From positions 46,936,001 through 47,000,000 of the forward strand of contig NC_087437.1 in the NCBI RefSeq assembly GCF_036321535.1: DNA of 64,000 bases, in the 5' to 3' direction. This document shows positions 28,820-42,256 of the stretch, one piece after another. This DNA comes from Camelus dromedarius (taxonomy: Eukaryota). The position numbers and the translations under genes are program-made. Numbering within the stretch: position 1 is the stretch's first letter; each line of letters opens with the position of its first letter. Under the pieces are notes generated by a model that saw only the letters and a list, made by a program, of their open reading frames with translations, made no database searches and was not told the DNA's origin.

Positions 28820-31135
28820 TGTTCATATTTTCCTACCTCCCATTATCAATTACCATTATCAACTATAGATATTCATTTAAATATTATAATGAAGAAAAAA
28901 TTAGAAATAAACTAAACGTTCACTAAAAAGGAACAGGATAAAAAAACATTCATTCAGCTATTAAAAATAAATATATACTGTTACAATACTTTAAGTGAAA
29001 AAATGAACAGAGAACAATGTATACAGTTTAACATGTGTCTGTAAAAAAAATCACATATATAACATACCTATTAATGAAATATGTTTAAAAATGGATTTAT
29101 AAAACACATGCTAACTGAACTGTTGAAAATAATTACCCTTGAGAAAGAATGAGGAAAACGATTTACATTTTATTCACATGCACAGGTAGTATTTGACAAT
29201 TTTTAAGACAAAGGGTATTTAAATATTATGTGCATAACAGAGGTACAGAGGGAAGACAGAGAACACAGACACCCTGGGTAACTGCAGGGGCTTTAACAGA
29301 AAGAGACGGGAAGCTCTGTATTGGCAGGAGTGTGGGGAGATAAGTGTCTTCATAAACTGTAGAAGTGTGAATTGATAATAATAGAAGGAAATTTGTTAGT
29401 ACTGACGATTCCTGACTTAAGATCTAAATGTTCTCTGGTGAATGTTTGCAAATTATGTGTTAAATCAAATGCATTTGCTACAGACACAAAAAGTAAAAAC
29501 TCAACTTATAAAAGACCAAAATTGATGTCAGTATAACAAAGAGAGTTTGTACAGTTAATAAGTATAAGTTATATCAAAAGTGCATATTGAGGGAATAGGG
29601 TGGGGAAAGGTTCTCTTGAGAAACAAAATGCTTCAGACAACACTATAGAAATCCAATGAAATCTGGAACAATTCTGCATTATTTTCCCAGTAAATCTTCC
29701 TTTAGCAGGAATTATTCATTGCTCCGAATGCCCAAGTAAATTCTAAAATTTAGGGTTTATTCTCAGTGGATTAAAGGTATGTGAATAAGTTTGAAAGAGT
29801 CTGAGTGGTTAACATAGGAAGAGATAATTACTAATGGCAGCAAGTTCATCAAATGTTTACTAAGCAAAAGGGAAATGCCTCTAGGGAGAGTGGCATAGAT
29901 TAGCTGGTGTTAGAGTCAAAATGTTCTTGTGAAGAAACACATTTTCCCCAGTAAAAACATGAAAAAATCAAGAGACCTGCCACAAACCATGATTCAGAGA
30001 AGGAAAAAATTGTAATATTACTAACAATATTTACCTGGCTTCAGTCCAGTATTGTCTCATTTAAAATGTAATAAACTGGTAGCAAAGAGCTAGGTAATTA
30101 ATCAGTCGTTATTACACCAAAATAACTGTTAACAATTGCTTGAATCTGTATTTGAGAACTGTCTAGAGAATAATCTTAAAGCAAGAAAACATCAAAAGTA
30201 TTTGCAGAAAGGACTGAAGAGTGTGAAAAACTAAAATAATTATTTGCCCCTATGTACAGAGCAGGAAAAAAATTAATGAAAATAAGTCCAGAAAAGAAGA
30301 AAGAAAATAACAAGAAAATAAATTCTAGTACATCCGCATAAGCCAAAGGCATTCAAATAGGCCAAAGTTTCAAAGAACAAAGACCAGTGATCAGCAATGG
30401 GAAACACAACGAAACGTAGTGACAACTAGCATGTGAAAAAAGAAGTATTTTATTCTCTAAATAAGAATAATGCCAGTTTAATACCAATATATCAGTTTAG
30501 GAAACAAAGTTTGTGAGCTTCTAAAATAAAGATATGGAAAAGAAAATCTTAAATGATTGTTGGGAAAAAATACATTTTATATTAACAACAGGAGATGCTA
30601 CATAAAGACTTCATTTCAAGGAAACAAACAGATCCTGATTTCATGCAGAGATGCTTTGGAAAAATCAGTAGGTCACAAACTGTTATTTGACTAAATTGGC
30701 CCTCTCTTTGAACTAGAAACCAACTAGTGTTTGCCTGCCAGAAAGGAGGGCTCTTATTAAATGAGTAAATAAATAAATGGAAGAATGCAAGAATGGATGG
30801 ATGCATGAAGGTGGATACATCTTCAAGTTCAATTAGAAATTAAATGTAGAAGTAGTCACTAAAATAATGAAATTTTAAAAAAATAAAATGAGGAATAATA
30901 ATGAATAATAAAAAAGCAAAACTGCTTCTCTAATAATAATCCCCAAATAAGCCAAAATATAATTTGAAAAGATGGATGGTGCAGGGCATTAGTGAAGGGT
31001 ACAAATGAATAGGGCAAAGAAAGTGATTGATTTAAATATAGGGGAAAGTAATAGTTAGGCATTACACAAAATAAAGAGAACCAAGTCTGTAGTTAACCCA
31101 GATCTATTTTTTAATTTAAATTTATTCAAACTTAC

Positions 31136-31227
31136 TGAGAGTTAGGGCTTCTGATGCAGTAACTGATGAACACAGATCCAAAAGGATTTATAAGTAATGG
31201 GACAGTTCTGACAGCCCAAGATGACAG
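31136..31227 (-). pseudogene. candidate exon (92 nt, phase 1-0)
   Basis: ctttttcctttggcatttccatcatattcag| ... TCA|gtaagt. VILGCQNCPITYKSFWICVHQLLHQKP*LS. Confidence 0.38.
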
Positions 31228-32465
31228 CTGAATATGATGGAAATGCCAAAGGAAAAAGATCAAATTTCTTGCATCTCTAAACATTGAAATGGCTGAATGT
31301 TTCCTTCTCAGCATGAGCATGCTTAGATGTCTGAGAATTTATTTCACAGATAAAAACATAATCCTTTTTTCTCAGTTGGCAGGGGTGAATCTCTCATATA
31401 GAGCCAATTCTGATTTTCTTGATGTCAAGGCAATGTGCCTTAATTATTCCCAGTAAATTAATTATTTTAGGAAAAAAACAGCATGCACCGGTATGTGGCA
31501 CAGTGACTAGACGCATAAGAGTTAATGGGCAGCTGGCCTATTACTATGAAGGAAGAAAGCATTTAGCATGAGTCCTTAGACTTTATCCAGCTCACTTGTT
31601 AGATCCTGTTTTTAGAGAAATATCAGAGAAGCATGGAAACTATGTAGCATAGGCAGAGGAAATATTTGATACAATGTTGTTTTTTTAAATTTCAGAGGAA
31701 AAAAATAACATATACACTATGATGATAAGCATGCAAGGCACATAAATGTGAAAAAAGACTAGAAGGAAATATAGAAAACTGTTAATAAACAAATTGGAGT
31801 CGTGGGATTATGTACTTTTTTTTTCTTTTCAGTAGTTACCAAACTTTTTTGATGCTGAAATGTAACTATTAAATTTTTTCAAACTACATCAATTTAGATC
31901 TAAGATCACTCAGACTGAAGAAGACTATTTATTGTGCATTAAAAAAAAAAAAAACACCAGTGTGCAACTTGAATTCTCCCCCAAGGGGCTCACATTTAGA
32001 CAGACAAAACTAACAAGTACATGTTTCCAGTCATCTAATGGTGGAATCTTGACTTGCTATCTATTATTCACATTGCTTAACATAAAAATTAGTCAGTAGA
32101 GTTACAGTTGCTTTGGTTTGTCTTTTTTATTTTCTCTTACTGTAAAGCTGGAGAGGCTAGACAAGCTGGTAGACATCATAATTTCTTACCGTATGGAGGC
32201 ATCAGTGAGAATAAAAGTCATAAAATAATAGCAAGCAAAATGCTAAGCCTTGAAGCACCACTAGAGAATAAGAGAGTAGCAAAGATTCTCTGCCTAGAAA
32301 GTTCTGTAGATGGGACCAGATCTGAGCGCCAGGGCAGCTGTGTCCATCACCTGCAGATGGCTGTGCGGATGTTCCTGATCATTTTCATCTATTTATTTAT
32401 CTAATGGCCTGTGTTTGTGTTTATTTGGGGGGAGAGTGTGTTACAAACATCATTAACTTTCTTAC

Positions 32466-32640
32466 AAGGTACAAACTACCATGTGTAAAATAAATAAGCT
32501 ACAAAGATATATTGTACAGCACAGGAAATATTTTATAATAACTATAAAGGGAGTATAATCTATAAAATTTTTGAATCACTACATTGTACACCTGAAACTG
32601 ATGTAACATCATAAATCAACTATACCTCAATAAAAAAGAA
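32466..32640 (+). mobile_element. 5'-truncated L1 3' end
   Basis: 'aataagctacaaagatatattgtacagcacagg...tgtacacctgaaactga...aaatcaactatacctcaataaaaaa'. Confidence 0.88.
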
Positions 32641-32799
32641 GGCAGTAAAAATATTGTCAGTTGTAGGAGGCAGTATGGTATTTTTGCTGAGAATCCTATG
32701 ATTTAGTAAATGGATTTCTGAATAGTCTTTCACATAATAATCTATTAATAATAGAAGGACTCAGTTATATAGTACAGTTACTCAATACAAAAAAGAGTT

Positions 32800-34030
32800 A
32801 GAGAAAGGTGAGCTATGGTCTGGGGAAAATGGGAGATATGAGAGGTAGAAAAGGAAGCTAGGAGGACGTTAAATTGACACGTGAACGTGAAGTCCTTGTG
32901 TAGGGCAATGACAGAGGACGGCAATAAAAATGAGGGTGGCAAGGGGAACCTACCTGAAAGTGCATCAAGCTTTGCCATTAATTCCAAACATTCCCATTTA
33001 TAGGAGGACTGGTGATACAACATGAAATGAGGATGAGGAGAAGTGGAGCATTCTTAACAACAAAACTAAGAAGTTTGTTTATAGTCAAACTGAATTTTTT
33101 GGTTTTGAAGGAACTTCCAGAGAAGTCTCTTGTAGGATGTTTGAACAAAAGGGCTGGCGCTTGATGGAGAAATTTGGCAAAAGGTTAGGATTTAGGAGCA
33201 ATTGATTAATGGATGAAGATTTAAAACAAATAAAGGATAGTAGCTTCTACAAAACAAAGTTTTAGAACAGAAGACTAAGAAATGAATTTGGGAACTTCTG
33301 ACGGTTAATAGACTGGGAAAAAAAGAGGAGTTGGAGACAGTGGAAGAGAAATGGGAACCACTCTAGATCAGTGAGAAGCGCAAAGGGGAGTTTGGAAAGG
33401 ACTGATGTCAACAGAACAAGTATCACTGAGACGTCAAGGAATAAGAGGACTGAGGAGAAGCATTTATGTCTGACTAGAAGGGCATCATAATGACGTTGAA
33501 AAAACTGGGTCTCACTCAATGACAGAGGCAGAAACAGAGAGAGAGGGTGATGGGAAAACTTCCTTTTAAGTATGTTATGAAGTATCAAAGAGTCTTCTTT
33601 GGCAGGCAAAATTAATGCTTCTAGCTATAAGATAGTAAATTATTTCATTTTCTGTGAATACATTTACTGATATTGCTGGAAGTTTTTTGTTTACCAAGTC
33701 TTTTGCCTTGTATATATTCATGTATACAGTCATTCAGCATTTTACTACATACTAATTAAATACCAGGAGCCATGCTATGTACCTGATATAGTAGTCAGTG
33801 AAAACAGAAACAACCACAAGTCTCATTGAGCTTAAAGTCAAGTAACACAGATAAACACACAAACATGGAAGTAAGTTTTTTGTAGGAAAGAAAAACATCA
33901 TGATTTTATGATAGTGTAACACACACATATACACAAATTAACCTGAATTAGAGATTTTTGAAAACTTTCCTGAAAATAATGATACTTAAGTTAAAATCTA
34001 ACCATTGAGTAAGCATTAAATAGAAAGAGA
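32800..34030 (-). mobile_element. L2 fragments
   Basis: Purine-rich degenerate antisense L2, with the tail-like 'cattcagcattttact...accaggagccatgctatg' at ~33730. Confidence 0.55.
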
Positions 34031-34049
34031 CATAATAAGACTCTTTCAA

Positions 34050-34255
34050 AGACTACTGGGAATTTGCTAAGAGAGTGGATTTCAGGTCTCTCACCACACA
34101 CAAAAAAATGGTGACTATGTGAGGAAATGATATATTAATTAGCATAACTGTTGTAATCATTTCATTATGCATATGTATATCAAGCCATCACGTTGTACAC
34201 TACACACACACACACATACACACACAGACACAATTTTTATTTAAAAAAGAATAAA
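34050..34255 (+). mobile_element. L1MA-type 3' end with internal (CA)n
   Basis: 'gaatttgctaagagagtggatttc...tctcaccacac...aaatggtgactatgtgagg'. Confidence 0.85.
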
Positions 34256-34287
34256 TAGGAAGACCCTTCAGAGTCATCCTCACATAC

Positions 34288-34360
34288 CTCTCCTCATCAT
34301 ATATCCACGTAATCGGGCGCAGAAGGGTGTGGTAGAACCATTATGGTCTTCTAAGAAGGG
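34288..34360 (-). pseudogene. candidate exon (73 nt, phase 0-1)
   Basis: ttattatctctgtatcag| ... GAG|gtatgt. PFLEDHNGSTTPFCARLRGYMMRR, the only open frame; contains 3 CpGs. Confidence 0.4.
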
Positions 34361-37111
34361 CTGATACAGAGATAATAAGGTAAGTAGGTTTCATCTTCAG
34401 AGAGGAGTCAGATTACTTCCTGCCAGTAGATCAGGGGGTGGTTATTTTTCTTTAAGGAATTCCATAGGGACACTCTACCAACTCTGGGTTTTTTGTTTTG
34501 TTTTGTTTTGTTTTGGGTTTTTTTGAAGTTTTCATTTTTGACAACAGAATGAATCTAGCAAAGTCTCCCTCCAGGATACAGAGAGAAGAAAGAAAAAATT
34601 TCTTGGTGGTTTCCAAGAAGGAAAATGTTAGTAAGGGACCACATCAAATGATTGGTTTTAAACATTTTTTTAAAATACCTTGTCCTAGACTAAATAAGAA
34701 TGAGGCAGTATAAGGCACTAAAAACACCGAACTTTCTCAGGTTTATGAATGAGGGCTCTGAGCAAGAGAAGTAATGAACGCCCAAAGATGTAGTCTAGGC
34801 CTTTTTATGCCAGGAGAACTCTGGCACAAGGGAACATATTACCCTTTCCTTCAGAAAGTGGCAGAATGATATTTTCTTACTGTGTATTGGATTTATTTCG
34901 CTTTCTTAATGCAGCGCTTCTCAGTATACAGTTTCACATTTGTTTATGCACATGTAGCCAACTGTGCATTTCTACAAAAAGGAATCCGAGATCTGAAAAA
35001 TAAGAAATATTCTTCACCAAAATGCAAATTCCTGAACAAATCACTCTTCTCTGAAATGTAAAATGTGCATCACAATTTTTCTTTTTAACATTTTGTTGAA
35101 GTCTTGTAATAGTTATCTCTCAAGCAGCTAAACAAAAATGGGGTTCTGTTTACAGATCAAATCACTTTAATGAGCCAAGCCAAGCAGCAGAAATGTCAGT
35201 AATCGCTATCCTTTCATCTCCAGTCCTGTTTTGATGGGTTAAAAAAAAGAAAAAAGTAAATCAAACTAGTCTCCAAAATCTCATCAAAGAAAGTCAATCA
35301 AATGTGGTAGCCAAAATGGTATCATAGCATCCATGTTTTCATTTTTATTAAAGTTTACACAGAGCTATTCAGAATCCAGACTTACTGCTACTTAAATCCT
35401 AAATCATCCAAATGTTATGGTGGGTGAGTGTGCTTACACACAGATGGACAGCCTAAAAGAGCCATATTCCCTATGACAACTGGTCCTATGAATTCTTAAA
35501 TGAATGCAAATAAGGATTTATGTTGATGTATCCATGGCCCAAAACCCCTACTGCATGGGTACCCCATGGATTGCAATGCTGTAGCAATCAATTTACCTGG
35601 TAGGCCAGAGTAAAGCATTGTACTATTTCTCAGAGTTTTCTTCTCTCTCACACTTTTTTTAGGCTAATATCAGACAGTAAGAGTTTTTCCTTCCTTAATA
35701 GCTCACATTTAATTCTAATGCCCCTTGTAGTAAAGATTCTCCTGCAGCAGGATGTTTGAAGGAGCAGAGCACACGTCAGGCAATGCTCGCTCCATTCCCT
35801 GTGAGTATCAAACAACTGTCATTCTGCTAAATGAGTTGTCATTAGCAGGCAGAGCCTTCTGGAGTCACACAGAAAGAAATCTAACTGAAGTAATGACTTG
35901 CAGGAGACATGATGGAGTTGGAGGCTTAGGGGTCCCCTTCCCCCATTCCCCTATTCACTGCATTAAGCAGTCTTTCTAGAGTGGAGATATTTGGCTTGGG
36001 ACTGGTGACCTAAAATTACCTCTGAAATCTGGCACAGTATTTCCACTCTGGCAGAAATATTCTCTTTTCTCAGCCAGCATTATTGGCAGGCATCTCACAC
36101 ACTGCCAAGCATGTACCAGAGATGGGAATGATGAATAAGTTAGGGTGACTTGCAATTATAAATTAGTGATGGTTTCCTTTATTCAGTTTAGAATTTCTGT
36201 GGGAAATTATGGCCTCAGCTTCCTTGGTCTTCCTTTATAGTTTTATTACGGTGATTTCAATGCTTTTCTCTAATTCAGACCTTATCACACTAATGAATTT
36301 TCAACTCCCAGACACCAGTCACTGCTTTTCTGTACATCTTTCATATAAATGATGCCTCTTCATGTGCCCATATTCCATTTTCTCATGCCAAAATTTGTAT
36401 TTTTGTAATTTATTGCTTTTCTATTTAACTCCTAAATTTGGACGAAATGAAAAAATAGTCATACTTGTGAAATGATTGAACTTTTCTAGAGACAAGTTGT
36501 TATCATTTCATTGATTGAAAAAAAAACATTAATTAGATCCCCGTGAGTGTATTTGTTCCCGTCCTGAAGTCCTTCACTACTTAGGGGCCCACAAAGATAT
36601 TAATGGAAATCTCCAAGTTACTTTAAATATTTCAAAAATTAAAATAGTAATCATGTATTTGCCCATAATGAGACTGCACGAGCTAACTAAACTGTCAAGT
36701 TTCTTTGCTTTGGCTGGAGTTATACAACACCTTTGGCATTCCCAAGGTGATCCCAGCAATTTCATGATTCTTCTCCATGGATACATTATAGTAAATAATA
36801 TCTCCTAATATGCTATATTTAATCTCCTAATTCAGTATATTATAACTGAAGATATATCCTTACATTTCCTTAATTAATTTTTGAATTCTTGATTATAGCT
36901 ATCTGCATAATTTTTCACACATCCCCCAGTAAACTCTAAACTTCATGACACAGCATAGTCAGGATAATAATGTTAACCTTGAATATAGATGAATTTGTGA
37001 AAAACAAAGTTTGTAATCCCTTCACAAGAGTCATCAGCTGGTTAATGAAGAGCAGAGAGCAGCAGTGCTGCCTGGAGAGGAGGAGCCGGGCTGTCACCCA
37101 GGCTGCCCTAC

Positions 37112-37172
37112 CTGCCCCTTCATCATTTTCTCAGCAGTCATCAACTTCATCGCATCCAGTGCAAATATAAAT
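37112..37172 (-). pseudogene. candidate exon (61 nt, phase 2-0)
   Basis: gtcgttttacccag| ... CAG|gtaggg. FIFALDAMKLMTAEKMMKGQ, the only open frame. Confidence 0.38.
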
Positions 37173-37427
37173 CTGGGTAAAACGACAGTCACTGTGTCAT
37201 GTACCTTTATGAATGCTTATCTTCGACTGATGATAAGCTCTTACTGCCATTTACATTTTTTTAAAAGAAAAGTGGGGAAACCAATTGTATTAAATAAATG
37301 TAACTTGTTGAAAAAAACCTTTCAGAATATAGAGTCCATTACGAGGAATTAAATTAACAAAAAGGAGTCTTGGAAGGTGGAAAGTGTGAGATTCAGCATT
37401 TTGATCTATCCCTTAATGATCATTTTT

Positions 37428-37743
37428 CTTTCTTTCTTTTTATTGAGATGTAATTGACATGTAGCATTGTATTAATTTTAGGTGTACAACATAATGATTT
37501 GATATATGTACAAATTGCAAAATGATTACCACAAAAACTTTACTTAACATACATCACTTCCCATAGTTACAGCTATTTTTCTTAAGATGAGAATTTTTAA
37601 GATCTACTCTCTTAACAACTTTCAAACATACAATGAAGTATTGTTAACTATAGTCATCATGCTGTAAATTACATCCCCAGAATTTATTCATCTTATAACT
37701 GAAAGTTGGTACATTTTGAGCACCATGAAATGAGTGAAGGTTG
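37428..37743 (-). mobile_element. L1MA9-like 3' end with perfect 15-bp TSD and short 5' inversion
   Basis: TSD ttaatgatcattttt at 37413-37427 and 37744-37758 flanks an antisense L1 3' UTR. Confidence 0.9.
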
Positions 37744-37759
37744 TTAATGATCATTTTTA

Positions 37760-38340
37760 TCTTTAATTTTATTCTTGATAAGATGGAAAAAATACAGAAA
37801 ACTACAGAGAGAAATATAGCAGCCTAAATATAAACCTTCCCCAGATGAATAAAAGTTTATATTTTGTCATTTTTTTCTCATTTTTTACAAAAGAAACAAA
37901 GCTTTTTAGTTAACATTGAAGCCCTCTTTTACTTCTCTCCCAATCCCAGATACCACATTCCCATCTCAAACTCAATTATTGTTATGAATTTAATCTATCT
38001 CTCCCTAAAACACTCCATGTTTTAATGCCTTTATTAAATATATTCACGTTTCCATAAATAGTATGTATTATTGCTGTGTGAATTTTTAAATTTATAAAAT
38101 GCTGTCATACTCTAAACATCACTTCACAGCTTGCTTTTTTTAAACTCAACATTATGTTTTAAATCATTTAGATTTAGTTTCATTTTACTATTGAATAGTT
38201 TTCTATTGTATAACTATACCACTATTTATTTTAATGTCCTTACTAATGGACATTAAGTTTATTTCCCATTTTTTGTGGTTACAAACAATACTGCACTGAA
38301 AATAGTTATGCACTGACACACAGGTTTAGGAGGCAAGATT
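37760..38340 (-). mobile_element. old L1ME 3' region
   Basis: 'ttcattttactattgaatagttttctattgtataactataccac...aatggacatt...ttacaaacaatactgc'. Confidence 0.7.
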
Positions 38341-38639
38341 CTTAGGTGAAAATACAACAGATTGAAAGTTTTCAGATGGTTCTAGGGTAAAGTCTATAGG
38401 GCTTAGATGAGAAAGAGAGCCCACTGAAGCAAGCAGAAGGAGGAACAAGAGGGTCCTCTTTGGTAACAACACTGTTGATGAGGAGGTTAATACGTTTTAA
38501 ATGGCATCGTTACAAAATATATTTAAACAGAACTAAGAAAAAATTATATTTAATTTCTGGTTGCAGAATGACACTACTTTCCTTGAGAGAAAACTCTTCA
38601 AAGCAAATAAAGTGATTACAGACATATTCCGTCTCTGGC

Positions 38640-38920
38640 AAGAATATGTTCTCACATGCGCATCCTACCTCTGGATCTTGTCTGAGCTTTGCCTCTCCGA
38701 CATCAACTCTCCAGCCTGGTCCCTCCACTCTAGCCAAACCACCCCACTTACCACACTCTAAACAAACTTTCATGTTGCCTCTTTCATGCCTTTGCTCCTG
38801 CTGCACCCAGCCTGGAGAGCCCCTGCTCTGGTCATGGTATTCATTCTCTCCTCTCCATTCCCATAATACTTAGTCTGCACATCTCACTCATACTTAATCA
38901 CTGGCATCCTCGTTGCAAGT
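38640..38920 (+). mobile_element. L2 fragment
   Basis: 'cactctagccaaacc...atgcctttgctcctgctgcacccagcctgg'. Confidence 0.6.
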
Positions 38921-39149
38921 AGCATATGTTTTGACATAATGCAAATCAGGTCTTTGAGATCTCAACTAAGCAATTTTCAGGTTCTGCTGCCTTCAAGTTC
39001 CAAAGTTTCTGTGACAGTGATACCATTAGCCTAGTCTTTTCTCAGATATGGAACTTTTCTTTCAAGGTTAGTGGGTCATAACAATAGTACCCATGTTAAT
39101 GAGACTATTAAGATAAAAACAAACAAGGTTTCTGAACTGTTCACTATGG

Positions 39150-39320
39150 GTCAGGGTCTGTGCGAACCACTCGCTACGTACTATCTCATTTAATCCTTAA
39201 ATGACTGAATAAATGAAAGGCACAGAGATTAAATACGTTGTTTTAGGTCACACAGCTGGTAGGCAGCTGAGTCAGGCTTCAAACTCAGGTCTGTCTAAAT
39301 CCATAGCATAATCACATTAA
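39150..39320 (-). mobile_element. MIR SINE
   Basis: 'atctcatttaatcct...aggcacagagattaaa...aggtcacacagctggtagg...ttcaaactcaggtctgtct'. Confidence 0.8.
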
Positions 39321-39664
39321 ATTGTCTTCCATGTTAATAACTAGAAAAATACACTCCTTTTTTCTATAGGAAGCTAATAAAAACCACCTTGTCCTTGGAA
39401 TTAATAAGCAAAGACAGTGTGGAGGGGTATAGTGTTGAATCTAGACCCATTTCACCTTGAGTTCAAACTCAAGTTATTAATTGCTTACAGCCTTAGTTTC
39501 TCTAAGATAGAATGTCCCCCGAGATCCCCGTCTGTTGATACACAAATGATACTCAGTCTTTGTAGATTTTCTTGCTGTGTTGTCACAGCATTTGGTGCAT
39601 GTCTCTGTTTCAGCAGCTACCTTATGTTATGCTTTTATGCATTTTTTCATAATATCCAGATTGT

Positions 39665-39917
39665 CAGGCCTTGGAATAGGACTTACATCATTGGCTCCCT
39701 TGGTTCTCGGGTCTTTGAACTCAGACTGAATGACACCACCCCCTTTCCTGGTTTTCCAGCTCGCAGAGGAGAGACTGGGAGACTTAGCCTCCACAGTGAG
39801 CCAATTCCTACAATAAATCTATCTACCTACCTACCTACCTATCTATCTAGCTATCTGTCTGTCTGTCTGTCTATCTATCCATCCCTCTGTTCTATTTCTC
39901 TGGAAAACCCTAACACA
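39665..39917 (+). mobile_element. MLT2 (ERVL) LTR 3' part with (CTAT/CTGT)n expansion
   Basis: 'ttggctcccttggttctcgggtctttgaactcagactg...gtgagccaattcctacaataaatct...tttctctggaaaaccctaacaca'. Confidence 0.88.
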
Positions 39918-40214
39918 CTCCCTCTTTCCTAAGATTCTGATTTTATTTCTATTCCTCCAGTCACCCATCAGTCCTCCTCATGGGCTGTTTACTCCTCACT
40001 CTCCTACCCTAGATGGTTTATCCTCGCCTCTTTCTTCTTTTTCCTTTATGCATAATCCCTGAAGAAATAAATCCAAACTCACAACAACACCTAATACTTG
40101 TATGCCTTTGATACTCATGTCTTTTTATTACCCTAGATCTCTCCCAAGCACCATAGACCAAGATACAAACAGCCACTACTTACTAATTGCTTATGACAAT
40201 GTGGGAACTGAGCT

Positions 40215-40410
40215 TAAAACTCACAAATGTTATTGGATTTATTCCTCCAAACTTTTGAAGTAGATACATAATTATTTTCATCTTCCAAAGGAAGAAACAA
40301 GGGCTTTGACAGATTGTTTTGCCCAAGGCCACACAAATAGTGACAAATTTGGGATTTGAATTCAAGTTGCCTGACTCCAGAGTCCATGATTTTAAACAAT
40401 ATTGCTTCAT
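40215..40410 (-). mobile_element. MIR SINE
   Basis: 'ttgcccaaggccacaca...gggatttgaattcaag...cctgactccagagtccatg'. Confidence 0.75.
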
Positions 40411-40934
40411 ATTTGAGGGTTATTTAAGTTAATTACTTTCAAGCATCTTAATTGCAAATTGTGTTGAATATAATTCATCAGGATCCAAACTGAGTTTCAC
40501 GTATTAAACAGAGAAGGTTTTCCTAAAAATATGCTTTCTGCCTAGAAAACCTTATGTCCTACTGTCTCGTTTGTTTAAAATTTCTTATCTGTACATTTCT
40601 TCATGAATCTTCTCTTAGAAGAAGAACCTTCAGGATGGAATAGCCGTATATTAAAGCACAGAATGTACCTGCTTTGATAAATGGTTCAAGGCTAAAGTTT
40701 CCAGCCTGAATTTTTGTCTTGTTTAGTTTCGTTTTACTTTGGTGTTAGTTAATGCGCTAGTGAACTCTTTGCACAAGGAAATGGTAGATAATCAGTTTAT
40801 TAATGGCTGGATTTCTTTTCTCTAAGAAAGTAGATAAGGTGGACATATAGGTAAGAGATGCTTAACCAGGTTACTAGGTAAATGTATCAAACATTCAAAT
40901 GTCTAAAGGCCAAAGCAAAAAATTGAAACAAAGA

Positions 40935-41150
40935 ATGGTTAAGGGCCTGGGTCTGCAATCAGATGATTTGAGTTCTGCATCCGTCTTGCCATTTGGCCAT
41001 GGGAAAATCATTTAAACACTCTAGCTCTATATTTCTCATATGTAATATAGAAATAATAGTGGTACCTACCACTTGAGATTCATGGAAGTGGTAACTAGAC
41101 CTCCTGTGGGTAGGATAGTGCCTTACACACAGTAACTGTTCAACCAGATT
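40935..41150 (+). mobile_element. MIR SINE
   Basis: 'atggttaagggcctgggtctgcaatcaga...aaatcatttaaacactct...aataatagtggtacctacc'. Confidence 0.75.
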
Positions 41151-41233
41151 TGGTTAGGTTACTGTTACCTATGCTTTCTTCATGTGCACTTGCTCGACGT
41201 CCTCTACCATAATATCACATGCCAGGCACTCAC

Positions 41234-41279
41234 GGTTGCAGTCCATAGTGTTGCAGTGCATTCTACCAGGCGTGCTGAT
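41234..41279 (-). pseudogene. candidate exon (46 nt, phase 1-2)
   Basis: ctttatctaaaccag| ... CC|gtgagt. QHAW*NALQHYGLQ. Confidence 0.3.
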
Positions 41280-41964
41280 CTGGTTTAGATAAAGATGTCA
41301 GTGTATGTTCCTAATTCCACCTTAAAAGAGGAAGCAGGCTAGTGAACCATGACTGCTTGATGAAAAGAACACCACCTGGAATTCCTGCACACTTGGCTGG
41401 GTTCTGCAACATCTACCAGCGTGTGCACAATTGAGAGAAATTAGATTTAACTCTACCTTGTGTCAGTCTCATATCTGACTTAATCAAACTGTCTGAATAT
41501 ATAAATTGTATGAAGATTGAAAGACCAGCCCTGGAGAATCTGGAATATTTCGTATTTTTACATAGACTGTTTAATGCTTTGAGGAAACTGGATGAGACAG
41601 ATCCTACCTAGCTGTTTTAGAGTGTGTTATAGGTAAACTACATTAAGGAAATTAATTAGAAGCTTTGGGGAAATGTATTACCACTTTCAGATTCTAATTT
41701 AGTGGGGCGTGGTAGAAAGGTAATCCAAAATTATCTACAATAACTATATTTTACATTTGTACTTATTGGGTATGGTGCTTTCTTTGTACATATTAGCTAA
41801 TTTGATTCTCATTTACCTATCATCATTTTATATGTTCTGAATATTGCCACTTTTGGAAGGTTGGTGTAAATTTTCTGATTCCACGGTTAGTGTGCCACAA
41901 ACAGTACTCAGCCCAGTGCTGCCTCATGTAAGAGGGCACATTTGTGCTCTAATAAAACCCTAAC

Positions 41965-42138
41965 TGATGGATGTGTCCATTTAGTTTGTACTAGTGATGA
42001 CAACGGGAGGCTGTGCAAATCCCAGTGCAGCATGGTATGGAGAGTCAGCATGTGTCTTTCTATAGTGTTTATAGTCTAAAGCCCCAGAACACCTTTGGTC
42101 ATGAGCTTCATTATCAAAACATGGCCTTTCGGAAAGTG
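41965..42138 (-). pseudogene. candidate exon (174 nt, phase 1-1)
   Basis: ctttctttcacattttgcaag| ... A|gttagg. LSERPCFDNEAHDQRCSGALDYKHYRKTHADSPYHAALGFAQPPVVITSTN*MDTSI. Confidence 0.28.
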
Positions 42139-42256
42139 CTTGCAAAATGTGAAAGAAAGGCACTAAGGGCTGACCGAAGAAATATTGTCTAACTTCCATC
42201 CCTTCCTCCTCTTGTGCCATTCTTTCCATTTTCTAATTTCCCCACGGAAGTCCTCG

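Noticed and set aside
39417..39932. 171-aa ORF
   Set aside because: GTG start, runs through an MLT2 LTR and a tetranucleotide repeat.
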